Translations under genes and position numbers: made by a program
The notes under the pieces: model-generated
Databases searched by the model: none
Seen by the model: the letters and a program-made list of their open reading frames with translations, nothing else
Told to the model about the DNA's origin: nothing
Assembly (NCBI GenBank): GCA_018304175.1
Contig: JAGVWT010000002.1
Span: forward strand, 564 to 64,563
Source: Candidatus Pacearchaeota archaeon
GTDB taxonomy: Archaea > Nanobdellota > Nanobdellia > Pacearchaeales > GW2011-AR1
Length of the DNA: 64,000 nt
Direction of reading: 5' to 3'
Shown here: one piece after another, positions 27,905 to 36,313 of the stretch
How positions within the stretch are numbered: the stretch's first letter is position 1
How the letters are laid out: every line of letters begins with the position of its first letter

Positions 27905-28231
27905 TTAAGAAATATCATCTTTTGTTGCGTTAGTTGTTACTTCTTCTCCTTTTTTTATGTCTCTTGTAGCGATGTCGCATTTTTCTTTTAGGTTTTGAGT
28001 TGTGTTTGGATTTTTAGAGTGGTTTACATATCTTTCTGGTTCTGAATAGAGATTTAATTGCCCAAAATGTGTATGGACATAATTTTTTAAGTTTTCTGAC
28101 AGTTTTTCGTATTCTTCTTTTGTTAAAGGTTTGAGATTGTATTTTATTACAACTTCCCCTTTTTTGAAATTCCTATTTGCGTAAGTTCCTTTACCTTCTA
28201 AATTACCTTTCCTAATTTTTACATCACTCAT
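27905..28231 (-). CDS. minimal SET-domain protein (putative lysine methyltransferase)
   Basis: GKGTYANRNFKKGEVVIKY, then YVNHSKNPNT (variant of NHSCxPN), then ATRDIKKGEEVT. 108 aa. Confidence 0.68.
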   Translation of the reverse strand: MSDVKIRKGNLEGKGTYANRNFKKGEVVIKYNLKPLTKEEYEKLSENLKNYVHTHFGQLNLYSEPERYVNHSKNPNTTQNLKEKCDIATRDIKKGEEVTTNATKDDIS

Positions 28232-28240
28232 TTTAAGAAT

Positions 28241-28525
28241 TTATCCAGAACTTTCTTCAGTCGGCGTTACTGTATTCCCTGCTTGATTTGGGTCGTAAGG
28301 AATAAGTATTACTGATTCTCCTTCATTTACATTAATTTGCACGAATCCTTGCTCTTGAGCTCTTTTCACAATTTCGTTCGCCATGTCTACTGCGCCCTGA
28401 TTATAAAACCCAATTGTATAGCCACTGATTGAAGGTTTTATAACATAATCATAAAGGACAAAAAATGATAATCCTATGACTAACAAAATTAAAATAATCA
28501 CCACCCAATTTTGTCTTTTTACCAT
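28241..28525 (-). CDS. small N-terminally anchored hypothetical protein
   Basis: 94 aa with an N-terminal TM (NWVVIILILLVIGLSFFVLY). Confidence 0.4.
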   Translation of the reverse strand: MVKRQNWVVIILILLVIGLSFFVLYDYVIKPSISGYTIGFYNQGAVDMANEIVKRAQEQGFVQINVNEGESVILIPYDPNQAGNTVTPTEESSG

Positions 28526-28558
28526 AATCTTATAAATTTTTGTTATTTAAAAAGTTTG

Positions 28559-29254
28559 TTAAGTTGAAATCTCTACTACATTTATTACATCTTTCCACAA
28601 AATATTTCCATTGTTACTTAAATACACAGATATTGTATCGCCGGGCTCGAAGTTTATTATGTCTCTTGACTGAATATCAAAGTCCTGTTTTACCCCTATT
28701 GAAGACACGGGAATTGAATTTCCAAATCCTAATGGGTCTGAATTTTTATAGATTATTAATTCAATTGTTCCTTCACCACTTACTACTTCCAAGCTTGTTG
28801 AAATTCCCGTGATGCTTCCTTTTCTCAGCATGACATATCCGTTTTCAGCGCTTCCTTGTGCCCCTGTCGCTGTGTTTAAAAATAATGAAGAATTGCTTTC
28901 CCCACTAAAGCCAAAATTAAGCAATGTTGTTGAGATTGGTGTCTGTAAAATCTTTTGTATGTTTTTCTTCGACGCTGTTAATATAAATATAGAAGGGCCA
29001 TCATTAACATTTACTTGGTAAATTTCAATTGCCTCTTCATCAATATTTTTTATGCTGAGGTTTTCTGGTAGGTCATTGAAGTCGATAGAAGTTATATTTT
29101 TTATTTCCTCAACTGAGATCCCTTTTTTTTCAGCAACATTTTTCAGAAATTCGTCAACTTTATCATCAATATCGTTTGATGACTGAGCGTAAACTCCTAC
29201 AATTAAAAGAGAAGATACTAAAACAGCCAACAAAAATACACCACTTTTTTGCAT
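28559..29254 (-). CDS. secreted hypothetical protein
   Basis: 231 aa with a signal-like N-terminus MQKSGVFLLAVLVSSLLIVGVYAQS. Confidence 0.45.
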   Translation of the reverse strand: MQKSGVFLLAVLVSSLLIVGVYAQSSNDIDDKVDEFLKNVAEKKGISVEEIKNITSIDFNDLPENLSIKNIDEEAIEIYQVNVNDGPSIFILTASKKNIQKILQTPISTTLLNFGFSGESNSSLFLNTATGAQGSAENGYVMLRKGSITGISTSLEVVSGEGTIELIIYKNSDPLGFGNSIPVSSIGVKQDFDIQSRDIINFEPGDTISVYLSNNGNILWKDVINVVEIST

Positions 29255-29334
29255 AAATAATAAATAGAAAACTTTTATTTAAATCTTTCTGACTATATCT
29301 TAAAATTAATAAATGGGGATGTTTTCTGGTAATA

Positions 29335-29616
29335 ATGGAAGATAAGATAACAAGGCGAAAACTTGGGAAATATTTTGAGATTACTGAAAAGGCTCTCAAT
29401 ATTGTGAAGAAAAAAATTGTGAAGGGAAAAAGCAAAGAGTCGAAAGAAATAATTGACATGGTTTCAAACTACCTTTCTGATGCAAAATATTTCCGAGACA
29501 AAAAAGATTTTGTCAATGCGTTTGCCGCACTAAATTATGCACACGGCTGGCTTGATTCTGGCGTTCGACTTGGAATTTTCAACGTCAAAGACAACAAGCT
29601 TTTTACTGTGAAATAA
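29335..29616 (+). CDS. conserved archaeal hypothetical protein (DUF357-like, tentative)
   Basis: 93 aa. DAKYFRDKKDFVNAFAALNYAHGWLDSGVRLG resembles the DUF357 core as I recall it. Confidence 0.35.
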   Translation: MEDKITRRKLGKYFEITEKALNIVKKKIVKGKSKESKEIIDMVSNYLSDAKYFRDKKDFVNAFAALNYAHGWLDSGVRLGIFNVKDNKLFTVK

Positions 29617-29656
29617 AATAGATAAATTATAAAAACACCTCTGACTTTTTCCTCAT

Positions 29657-30343
29657 ATGAAAAAGGTGGTTGTTATAAGCTTAGGCGGGAGTCTGATAAT
29701 TCCTGACAAAATTGATATTGGTTTTCTCAGACATTTCAAAAAAGTTATAAGAAAAAACTTACATAAATATAGTTTTGTTATTGTCTGCGGGGGCGGAAGC
29801 ATAGCGAGAAAATATATCTCGGCGCTCAATGAAATTGGAGTAAGCGAGAAATTGCAGAATTATGCAGGAATCTCAGCGACGAGAACGAATGCGAGATTTA
29901 TGAGTTATTTATTCAACCAAGATCCAGAGAGAGGAATTCCTCAAAAGATTAAGCAAGTAAAAAGTTATTTGAGAAACCAAAATGTTGTCTTTTGTGGGGG
30001 TTTAGAATACAAACCAAATCAGACAAGCGATTCTTCTGCTGCCGCAATTGCACGAAACTTCGGGACGACTTTCATAAACATCACAAATGTTAAAGGACTT
30101 TATGACAAAAACCCAAAAGAATTCAAAAATGCGAAATTCATACCTAGGATTTCATGGGAAGAATTTTACAAAATGGCTTCAAAATTAAATTACAAACCCG
30201 GACAGCATTTTGCTTTGGATCAAACTGCGGCAAGGATGATTTTAAATAACAAAACTTTAACATATATAATTGGCAAGGATTTAAAACAGCTTAACAATTT
30301 GCTCAACAACAAGGAATTTATAGGAACCAGGATTGAGGGATAA
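29657..30343 (+). CDS. pyrH: UMP kinase, archaeal type
   Basis: Amino-acid-kinase fold with VVISLGGSLI and FVIVCGGGSIARKY. ~228 aa, as in archaeal PyrH. Confidence 0.82.
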   Translation: MKKVVVISLGGSLIIPDKIDIGFLRHFKKVIRKNLHKYSFVIVCGGGSIARKYISALNEIGVSEKLQNYAGISATRTNARFMSYLFNQDPERGIPQKIKQVKSYLRNQNVVFCGGLEYKPNQTSDSSAAAIARNFGTTFINITNVKGLYDKNPKEFKNAKFIPRISWEEFYKMASKLNYKPGQHFALDQTAARMILNNKTLTYIIGKDLKQLNNLLNNKEFIGTRIEG

Positions 30344-30808
30344 ATGTTAAAAAATTTTATCTTGATACAAGAGAGTGATTTTAACAAAGCCAGGAATTCA
30401 ATAAGGAAAAATAGTAGTTCAGGAAAGGAAATAGTTTTCTCAAGTGCCGACGACGAACTTAACAGAATGATTCTTGAAAAAGAGAAAATCAGTGTTTTAA
30501 TGATAAACCAGTCAAACAGGCATGACAAGATGAAGCAACGTGACTCAGGATTTAACCATGTTATGGCGAAAATTGCTAAAAAAAACAATGTAATTATAGG
30601 TATAAATCTTGATGAAATTCTGAATTCTGAAAAGAAAAAGAAAGCAGAAATTCTCGCCCGCATTAGGCAAAATGTAAAAATCTGCAACAAAAATAAACTC
30701 AAAATGAAATTTATATCTTTTGTGAAAAACGAGAAAGATTCTTATGACTTAAAAGCCCTGGGCTTGGCTTTAGGAATGCCGACATGGATGGCGAACACAT
30801 TGGCTTGA
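30344..30808 (+). CDS. RNase P protein component 3 (Rpp30/p30)-like, short form
   Basis: GFNHVMAKIAKKNNVIIGINLDEIL...ARIRQNVKICNKNKLKMKFISF...DLKALGLALGM parallels the C-terminal two thirds of archaeal Rpp30. Only 154 aa. The ATG abuts the pyrH stop. Confidence 0.5.
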   Translation: MLKNFILIQESDFNKARNSIRKNSSSGKEIVFSSADDELNRMILEKEKISVLMINQSNRHDKMKQRDSGFNHVMAKIAKKNNVIIGINLDEILNSEKKKKAEILARIRQNVKICNKNKLKMKFISFVKNEKDSYDLKALGLALGMPTWMANTLA

Positions 30809-30914
30809 CTAATCTTCAATATATCAGAAACACAATAACAAAGCAAGGTGCGAGTAGAAGGATTTTTGAAAACTACTTAAAAACATTTTTATAATCACTA
30901 ATTGTTAGATAAAA

Positions 30915-32441
30915 ATGGATGTAAAAAGAACCATAGAATCTTTGAGTGCAAATGAAATAAAGATAATTCCTTATCTTGAAAAGAGAAAAATAGGGGAGAT
31001 TTGCAAGGCTTCAGAATTAAGCAGAGTTGCTGTTTTGAGGGCTTTGAAGTTCCTGGAGAAAAAAAGTATTTTAGAAATTTCTTACAATAAAGAGAAAATA
31101 ATTGACTTGGGAAATAATGGTGTAATGTACAAAAAATCGGAGCTACCAGAAAGAAAACTTGTCAATTTACTTATGAGCAAACATATACTCTTGCTTGAAG
31201 AAGCTAAAAAACTTTCTGATTTAACTGACGAGGAATTTAAAGCATCCATCGGAATACTGAAAAACAAAGGGTTTATTGAATTGAAAAACGGGAAGATTCT
31301 TTTGAATACAAACAAAGAAGATATTTCAAAAAAAACCGATGAGGAAATACTTATAGAATCTTTGCCGTTGAGTTATTCTAAATTGAATGATGAGCAGAAA
31401 GAAGTTTTGAAAAATCTACAAAGAAGAAAGGAAATAGTTATTGAAAGAGGCAGAAAAACTGTGGATTTTGAACTGACAAGTTTTGGAAAAGAAATTCTGA
31501 AATCGAAGATAAGAAGCGACTTGATAGAGCAGGTTACTCCTGAAATCCTTAAGAAAGATTCTTCTTGGAAGGGAAAAAAATTCAGGCGTTACGATGTACT
31601 TGCTTTTTTGCCTGAAGTTCATGGAGGAAAGAGACATTTTGTAAATCAGGCAAGCGACTACGCAAGAAAAATATGGACAGACATGGGCTTCAAAGAAATG
31701 GAAGGAAGCATGATTGAAAGTTCTTTCTGGGTTTTTGATGCTTTGTTCACACCTCAAGATCATCCTGCGAGAGAAATGCAAGACACTTTTTTCCTCGGTA
31801 AAAAAGCAGAAATTCATGACAAAAAACTTGCTAAGTTTGTTAAAGACAGCCACGAGGGAAATCTAAAAAATCTTGGAAGTAAAGGATGGCAGTATGATTG
31901 GGATGAAGAAGAAGCAAAAAAACTTGTCCTGCGAACACATACAACTTCACTTTCAGTTAGAACTCTTGCAGATTTGAAAAATAAAAATCAAAAACTACAG
32001 GGAAAGTTCTTCGCTTTGGGAAAAGTCTTCAGAAATGAGACGGTTGACTGGAAGCACGGATTTGAATTCAATCAGACAGAAGGAATTGTCATAGATAAAA
32101 ATGCAAATTTCAGGCATCTTTTAGGTTACTTAAAACAATTCTTCAATAAAATGGGATTTGAGAAAATAAGATTTCGCCCGAGTTTCTTCGCTTACACAGA
32201 GCCAAGTGTTGAAATAGAGGTTTACCATGAAGGAAGAAAAGAATGGCTTGAACTTGGAGGAGCAGGGATTTTCAGGCCTGAAGTGGTTGTGCCTTTGCTT
32301 GGAGAAAATATTCCTGTGTTGGCATGGGGTCCTGGATTTGACAGAATTTTAATGGACTATTACAATGTAAAAGACTTGAGAGAATTATACAGCAATGATT
32401 TGAATCAACTTAGGAAAATTAAATTCTGGATGAAAACATGA
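30915..32441 (+). CDS. pheS: phenylalanyl-tRNA synthetase alpha subunit, archaeal type
   Basis: N-terminal wHTH repeats plus a class II core (HPAREMQDTF, FRNE, GAGIFRPEV, GPGFDRI). Confidence 0.93.
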   Translation: MDVKRTIESLSANEIKIIPYLEKRKIGEICKASELSRVAVLRALKFLEKKSILEISYNKEKIIDLGNNGVMYKKSELPERKLVNLLMSKHILLLEEAKKLSDLTDEEFKASIGILKNKGFIELKNGKILLNTNKEDISKKTDEEILIESLPLSYSKLNDEQKEVLKNLQRRKEIVIERGRKTVDFELTSFGKEILKSKIRSDLIEQVTPEILKKDSSWKGKKFRRYDVLAFLPEVHGGKRHFVNQASDYARKIWTDMGFKEMEGSMIESSFWVFDALFTPQDHPAREMQDTFFLGKKAEIHDKKLAKFVKDSHEGNLKNLGSKGWQYDWDEEEAKKLVLRTHTTSLSVRTLADLKNKNQKLQGKFFALGKVFRNETVDWKHGFEFNQTEGIVIDKNANFRHLLGYLKQFFNKMGFEKIRFRPSFFAYTEPSVEIEVYHEGRKEWLELGGAGIFRPEVVVPLLGENIPVLAWGPGFDRILMDYYNVKDLRELYSNDLNQLRKIKFWMKT

Positions 32442-32442
32442 A

Positions 32443-34101
32443 ATGGCAACAATAACTTTCAACAGGAAGATTTTTGAGAACGAGATAGGGAAACTCGATG
32501 AAAAAATGCAGGAAAAGATTTCTATGTTTGGAACTCCTCTTGAGACTTTCAACTCTGAAGAAATTCAGATAGAAGTTTTCCCAAACAGACCAGATTTACT
32601 TTCGTATCATGGTTTTAAGAGAAGTTTTTTGGCTTTTCTTGGGAAAAAAACAGGGTTGAGAAAATATAATTTGTCTTCTCCAAAAAAAGATTACAAAGTT
32701 GTTATTGAAAGTTCTGTTAAGGATATAAGACCACATACGGCTTGTGCAATCATAAGCGGATTAAAATTGGATGACGAAAAAATCAAGGAAATAATTGAAA
32801 TGCAGGAAAAAATTCACGCTACGCTTGGAAGAAAGAGAAAAAAAGTTGCGGTAGGAATTTATCCCTTGGAAAAAATTACATTACCAATAATTTTTAAGGC
32901 TTTAGAACCAGAGAAAATAAAATTTATTCCTTTGGAAGGAAACAAAGAAATGTCCGGAATTGAGATACTAAGAAAACATCCTACAGGTATTGAGTACTCA
33001 CATTTGTTAAAGGGAAAAGAAAAATTTCCTGTTTTTGTCGACGCTAAAAATAATGTACTTAGCATGCCTCCAATAATAAATTCAGAACTTACCGGTAAAG
33101 TGACCATAGATACAAAAGATGTTTTTGTTGAATGCTCTGGTTTTGATTTTGAAACATTGAAAAAATGCCTTAATATAATTTCCACGACTTTGGCTGATAT
33201 GGGTGGCAAAATAAATCAGATGAGTATAGTTTCTAAAGGGAAAAAAGAAATAACTCCTAATTTTGGAGAAGAAAAAATGAAAATTTCCTTAGAGAATACA
33301 AATAAACTTTTGGGTTTGAATCTTAATGAAAAACACCTTAAGAACTTGCTTGAGAAAATGGGTTATGAATATAATAAAGGAACTGTGAAAATTCCTTCTT
33401 GGCGAACTGACATATTACATGAAGTTGATTTGATTGAAGATGTCGCGATTGCTTATGGTTATGATAATTTTATTCCAGAAATACCAGAGATTTCTACAAT
33501 AGGAAAGGAAAGTAAAAGGGAAATAGTAAAAAGAAAAATTTCTGAGATTTTGATAGGTTTGAACATACTAGAAGTTTCGAATTATCACCTTACAAATAAA
33601 AATTATCAATTCAAGAAAATGGCTTTATCAGAGAAAAATCTTGTTGAGCTTGAGAGCTCAAAGACAGATTACAATATTTTAAGAAAAAATCTGAGCCATT
33701 TTCTTTTAAAAAATTTTTCCGATAATGTTGATGTCGAATACCCTCAAAAAATTTTTGAGATTGGGGAGATTTTTGAGTTGGGGAAAGAGAAAATATCTGA
33801 AAACGAGTCTCTTGCAGTTGCGGTTGCGCCTGGAAATTTTACAGAGTTGAAACAAATTCTTGAATACTTATCAAGAATGCTAAACATTCAGTTTACTTTT
33901 ACAGAGGCCAGTAATTTCCCAGATTATTTCATTGACGGGAGAGTTGTTGAAGTCATTTTTGAGAAAGATAAAATTGGTTATATTGGGGAAATTCATCCTA
34001 ACATTTTAAAGAACTGGAAAATAAAAATGCCGGTTGCTTTGTTTGAAATAAGTTTAGAAGAGGTTTTGGATAAATTATGTCTGGATTCTCACCCAAAATA
34101 A
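32443..34101 (+). CDS. pheT: phenylalanyl-tRNA synthetase beta subunit, archaeal type
   Basis: 552 aa with a B3/4 and B5 domain layout. Immediately follows pheS (1-nt gap). Confidence 0.92.
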   Translation: MATITFNRKIFENEIGKLDEKMQEKISMFGTPLETFNSEEIQIEVFPNRPDLLSYHGFKRSFLAFLGKKTGLRKYNLSSPKKDYKVVIESSVKDIRPHTACAIISGLKLDDEKIKEIIEMQEKIHATLGRKRKKVAVGIYPLEKITLPIIFKALEPEKIKFIPLEGNKEMSGIEILRKHPTGIEYSHLLKGKEKFPVFVDAKNNVLSMPPIINSELTGKVTIDTKDVFVECSGFDFETLKKCLNIISTTLADMGGKINQMSIVSKGKKEITPNFGEEKMKISLENTNKLLGLNLNEKHLKNLLEKMGYEYNKGTVKIPSWRTDILHEVDLIEDVAIAYGYDNFIPEIPEISTIGKESKREIVKRKISEILIGLNILEVSNYHLTNKNYQFKKMALSEKNLVELESSKTDYNILRKNLSHFLLKNFSDNVDVEYPQKIFEIGEIFELGKEKISENESLAVAVAPGNFTELKQILEYLSRMLNIQFTFTEASNFPDYFIDGRVVEVIFEKDKIGYIGEIHPNILKNWKIKMPVALFEISLEEVLDKLCLDSHPK

Positions 34102-34583
34102 CTCTTACCACCAACATCCATTTTGTTGTCCCAGTTTTTTTCAATTGTTTCAAGAATCTCAATAAACTGTTGACTTATCTTTTCCCATAATTCACACCCT
34201 TTCCTAATGAATTCAGCTTCTTTTTCTTCTGAATATTTTAAGTCAACTTTCATTAATTTGATTTCATTTTTTGACAGCTCTTTGTAAATTTCATTTAATG
34301 TTCTTTTTTCTTTTTCTGTTAATGTTTTAGTCATGGAGAAAACAAAAATTGATGCGTTTGTTGGGTTGAGCAGATTTTCTATGTATCTCATGTAAGCGAA
34401 AATTCTGTCAGATACAAATTTTCTTATTTCTCTCAGCAAAAAATCAGTTTCTATTTCAGCAATTTTTTCAATAGAGAAATCTCTGTTCATTTCTTCAAAA
34501 CTAGGTAAGTTGTGTTTTTCCCGGATTATTTTGTAATTCTTCTTTAATTTATCCAGTTTGCTTTCTTTATTGTTGTCTGACAT
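34089..34583 (-). CDS. hypothetical protein
   Basis: 164-aa helical ORF. Convergent with pheT and overlapping it by 13 nt. Confidence 0.45.
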   Translation of the reverse strand: MSDNNKESKLDKLKKNYKIIREKHNLPSFEEMNRDFSIEKIAEIETDFLLREIRKFVSDRIFAYMRYIENLLNPTNASIFVFSMTKTLTEKEKRTLNEIYKELSKNEIKLMKVDLKYSEEKEAEFIRKGCELWEKISQQFIEILETIEKNWDNKMDVGGKSYFG

Positions 34584-34621
34584 AATCTGGGAATAGAAAT
34601 GAGTTTTATAAAGTTAATGAA

Positions 34622-34712
34622 AAGCCTGTGCTGAGGATTGAACATGAGGGGCAACCATGTTTCCCCTTACACTAACCCCTTCCTAATTAGTTTAAACCTA
34701 TTTATTAGTTCA
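34622..34712 (-). repeat. tRNA-flanking element E plus a 22-nt exact duplicate of the tRNA-Thr 3' end
   Basis: 34622..34643 (aagcctgtgctgaggattgaac) is identical to 34740..34761. 34644..34712, read on the minus strand, is ggtttaaactaattaggaaggggttagtgtaaggggaaacatggttgcccctcat (hairpin AGGGG/CCCCT). Confidence 0.8.
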
Positions 34713-34740
34713 ATACTATTTCGCTTTGCTCAATAGCATA

Positions 34741-34813
34741 AGCCTGTGCTGAGGATTGAACTCAGGACCTCTACCTTACCAAGGTAACGCTCTACCAACT
34801 GAGCTACACAGGC
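34741..34813 (-). tRNA. tRNA-Thr (anticodon GGU)
   Basis: Folds by hand as GCCTGTG/CACAGGC acceptor, GCTC/GAGC D-stem, TTACC-TTGGTAA-GGTAG anticodon arm, CTGAG-TTCAATC-CTCAG T-arm. 73 nt, no encoded CCA. Confidence 0.9.
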
Positions 34814-34821
34814 GTGTTTAT

Positions 34822-34901
34822 GTAGCGAACTAATCAGTTTAAACGAATTCAAACCGGAAAGTGCGCGAGAAAACTTCGTGTTCTCGCTGAGCTACACAGG
34901 C
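34822..34901 (+). repeat. tRNA-flanking element E (inverted copy) plus a 15-nt exact duplicate of the tRNA-Thr 5' end
   Basis: gcgaactaatcagtttaaacgaattcaaaccggaaagtgcgcgagaaaacttcgtgttctcg (hairpin GCGAGAA/TTCTCGC), followed by ctgagctacacaggc (34887..34901), which equals 34799..34813. Confidence 0.8.
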
Positions 34902-34949
34902 ATTCGCTCAGCTAAAAGAATAAAAACGCGTTTAAAAAAATTTGCAGAA

Positions 34950-35249
34950 TTATCTTCTAAGCCAATTTCTGATAACGAGTATCAAATATACAATCAAGAA
35001 CGCAAGTGTTACAAATCCTGAAAGCAATGAAATCACACCGAAAAAGTTTACTGCGAGAATATTTGAAAGATTCTTGTAGAATCCCAAAGAAATTCCGAAA
35101 ATCACTGCGAATATTAGTAGATTTTTCAGAGCAAGGTTTGTTTTTCTGGTCGGAGCTTCTTTAGATGAAATATTCTGGTAAGATTTTCTGCTGCTCCTCT
35201 TGGAAATCCTTTTAGCCCTCTTTTTTCTAGCCATATAAGGTTTAGTCAA
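34950..35249 (-). CDS. small membrane protein with a basic N-terminus
   Basis: 99 aa with a K/R-rich N-terminus and two TM helices. Confidence 0.4.
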   Translation of the reverse strand: MTKPYMARKKRAKRISKRSSRKSYQNISSKEAPTRKTNLALKNLLIFAVIFGISLGFYKNLSNILAVNFFGVISLLSGFVTLAFLIVYLILVIRNWLRR

Positions 35250-35291
35250 AAAGACTTTTTAAATATTATCATTCACTTTTCAAGAAATATG

Positions 35292-35612
35292 TTATGTATC
35301 ACTCGTCATAGTTTTATTGTTATAACTCCAATCCATTTTCAGTGTGTTTGAAGTTAATGTTCTGACATTATTCCACGCATTTCCAAACCACAAAAAATAT
35401 GTTTTTCCGAATTCAACTGCTCCTGAAACACTTGACAAATCAGGGTCTGTTTTAAAGTAAACATAAGTTAATGAAATTGTTAATAGCAAGAATAATGCTA
35501 AGGTAAGCTTAATCACGATTTCTTGTTTTACATTTGCGACTTTCATTACAATAAATACAACTACTATTAAAATAATAACAAAAACGCCAACGCTGGACAT
35601 TTCAACTGCCAT
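35292..35612 (-). CDS. small membrane protein
   Basis: 106 aa with two TM helices. Confidence 0.4.
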   Translation of the reverse strand: MAVEMSSVGVFVIILIVVVFIVMKVANVKQEIVIKLTLALFLLLTISLTYVYFKTDPDLSSVSGAVEFGKTYFLWFGNAWNNVRTLTSNTLKMDWSYNNKTMTSDT

Positions 35613-35692
35613 TAATTACTTTAGTACAGAAAGTATAAAAAACTTTTGAATTACAAAAAGATTAAAAAATCCTTATTTCTCAAATAAGTTGT

Positions 35693-35765
35693 AGCCCCAT
35701 AGTACAGCGGTCAAGTATACTGCCCTCTGAAGGCGGTGACCCAGGTTCGAATCCTGGTGGGGCTA
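35693..35765 (+). tRNA. tRNA-Gln (anticodon CUG)
   Basis: AGCCCCA/TGGGGCT acceptor (A1-U72), CTGCC-CTCTGAA-GGCGG anticodon arm, CCAGG-TTCGAAT-CCTGG T-arm. 73 nt. Confidence 0.9.
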
Positions 35766-35770
35766 TTTTC

Positions 35771-35861
35771 AGGATTCTTGAACTAAATCGGTTTAAACAA
35801 TTAGGAAAGGTTAAGCGAAGGAAAACGTAGTTGTCCTCGCTTCGAATCCTGGTGGGGCTAT
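35771..35861 (+). repeat. tRNA-flanking element E plus a 20-21-nt exact duplicate of the tRNA-Gln 3' end
   Basis: ttgaactaaatcggtttaaacaattaggaaaggttaagcgaaggaaaacgtagttgtcctcgc, followed by ttcgaatcctggtggggcta (35841..35860), which equals 35746..35765. Confidence 0.8.
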
Positions 35862-35865
35862 AATT

Positions 35866-35982
35866 TCACTCGCCTGACGGCTCGAATGTAATTAGATTAT
35901 TAACGCAAAAACTTTAAGGTTAATATTAGAAAAGTTTTGATTATATGTTAATATTAAAATGTGAGCGACTTCGAAACGAACG
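35866..35982. repeat. intergenic palindromic repeat family R, copy G
   Basis: The left arm is tcactcgcctgacggctcgaatgtaattagattattaacg. The reverse complement of the right arm is cgttcgtttcgaagtcgctcacattttaatattaac. Confidence 0.5.
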
Positions 35983-36035
35983 TATTTTTAAGATTTAACA
36001 ATTAAATTTAAATATACTAAGATATTGAATTAATT

Positions 36036-36296
36036 ATGGTGAAGACTTCTGAAAAAGAGGTTGGGAGAATTTCAACTTATTTCAAAGATGTTGGTGTTGC
36101 TGCGATTGAATTAACCGGCGATTTGAAAGTTGGGGACACAATTCATGTAAAAGGGCACACGACTGACTTCAAACAAAAAGTTTCCAGTATGCAGATAGAC
36201 AGAAAAAACGTACAGAGCGCGAAGAAAAAGCAACACATTGGAATAAAAATTTCTGACAGAGTCCGGCCAAATGACGCTGTTTTTTTGGCTAAGTGA
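36036..36296 (+). CDS. small EF-Tu domain-2-like beta-barrel protein (tentative)
   Basis: 86 aa. VGVAAIELTGDLKVGDTIHVKGHTTDFKQKVSSMQIDRKNV resembles translation-factor beta-barrel domains. Confidence 0.35.
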   Translation: MVKTSEKEVGRISTYFKDVGVAAIELTGDLKVGDTIHVKGHTTDFKQKVSSMQIDRKNVQSAKKKQHIGIKISDRVRPNDAVFLAK

Positions 36297-36313
36297 TTTT
36301 AATTACCTGTAAT

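Noticed and set aside
34622-34901. Interpretation of the outer tRNA-Thr fragments as halves of a split (trans-spliced) or permuted tRNA gene, as in Nanoarchaeota.
   Set aside because: The fragments cover only positions 1-15 and 53-73. No sequence supplying positions 16-52 (rest of the D-arm, anticodon arm, 5' T-stem) is adjacent to them, and an intact tRNA-Thr sits between them. The locus is kept as an unexplained structure rather than a split gene.
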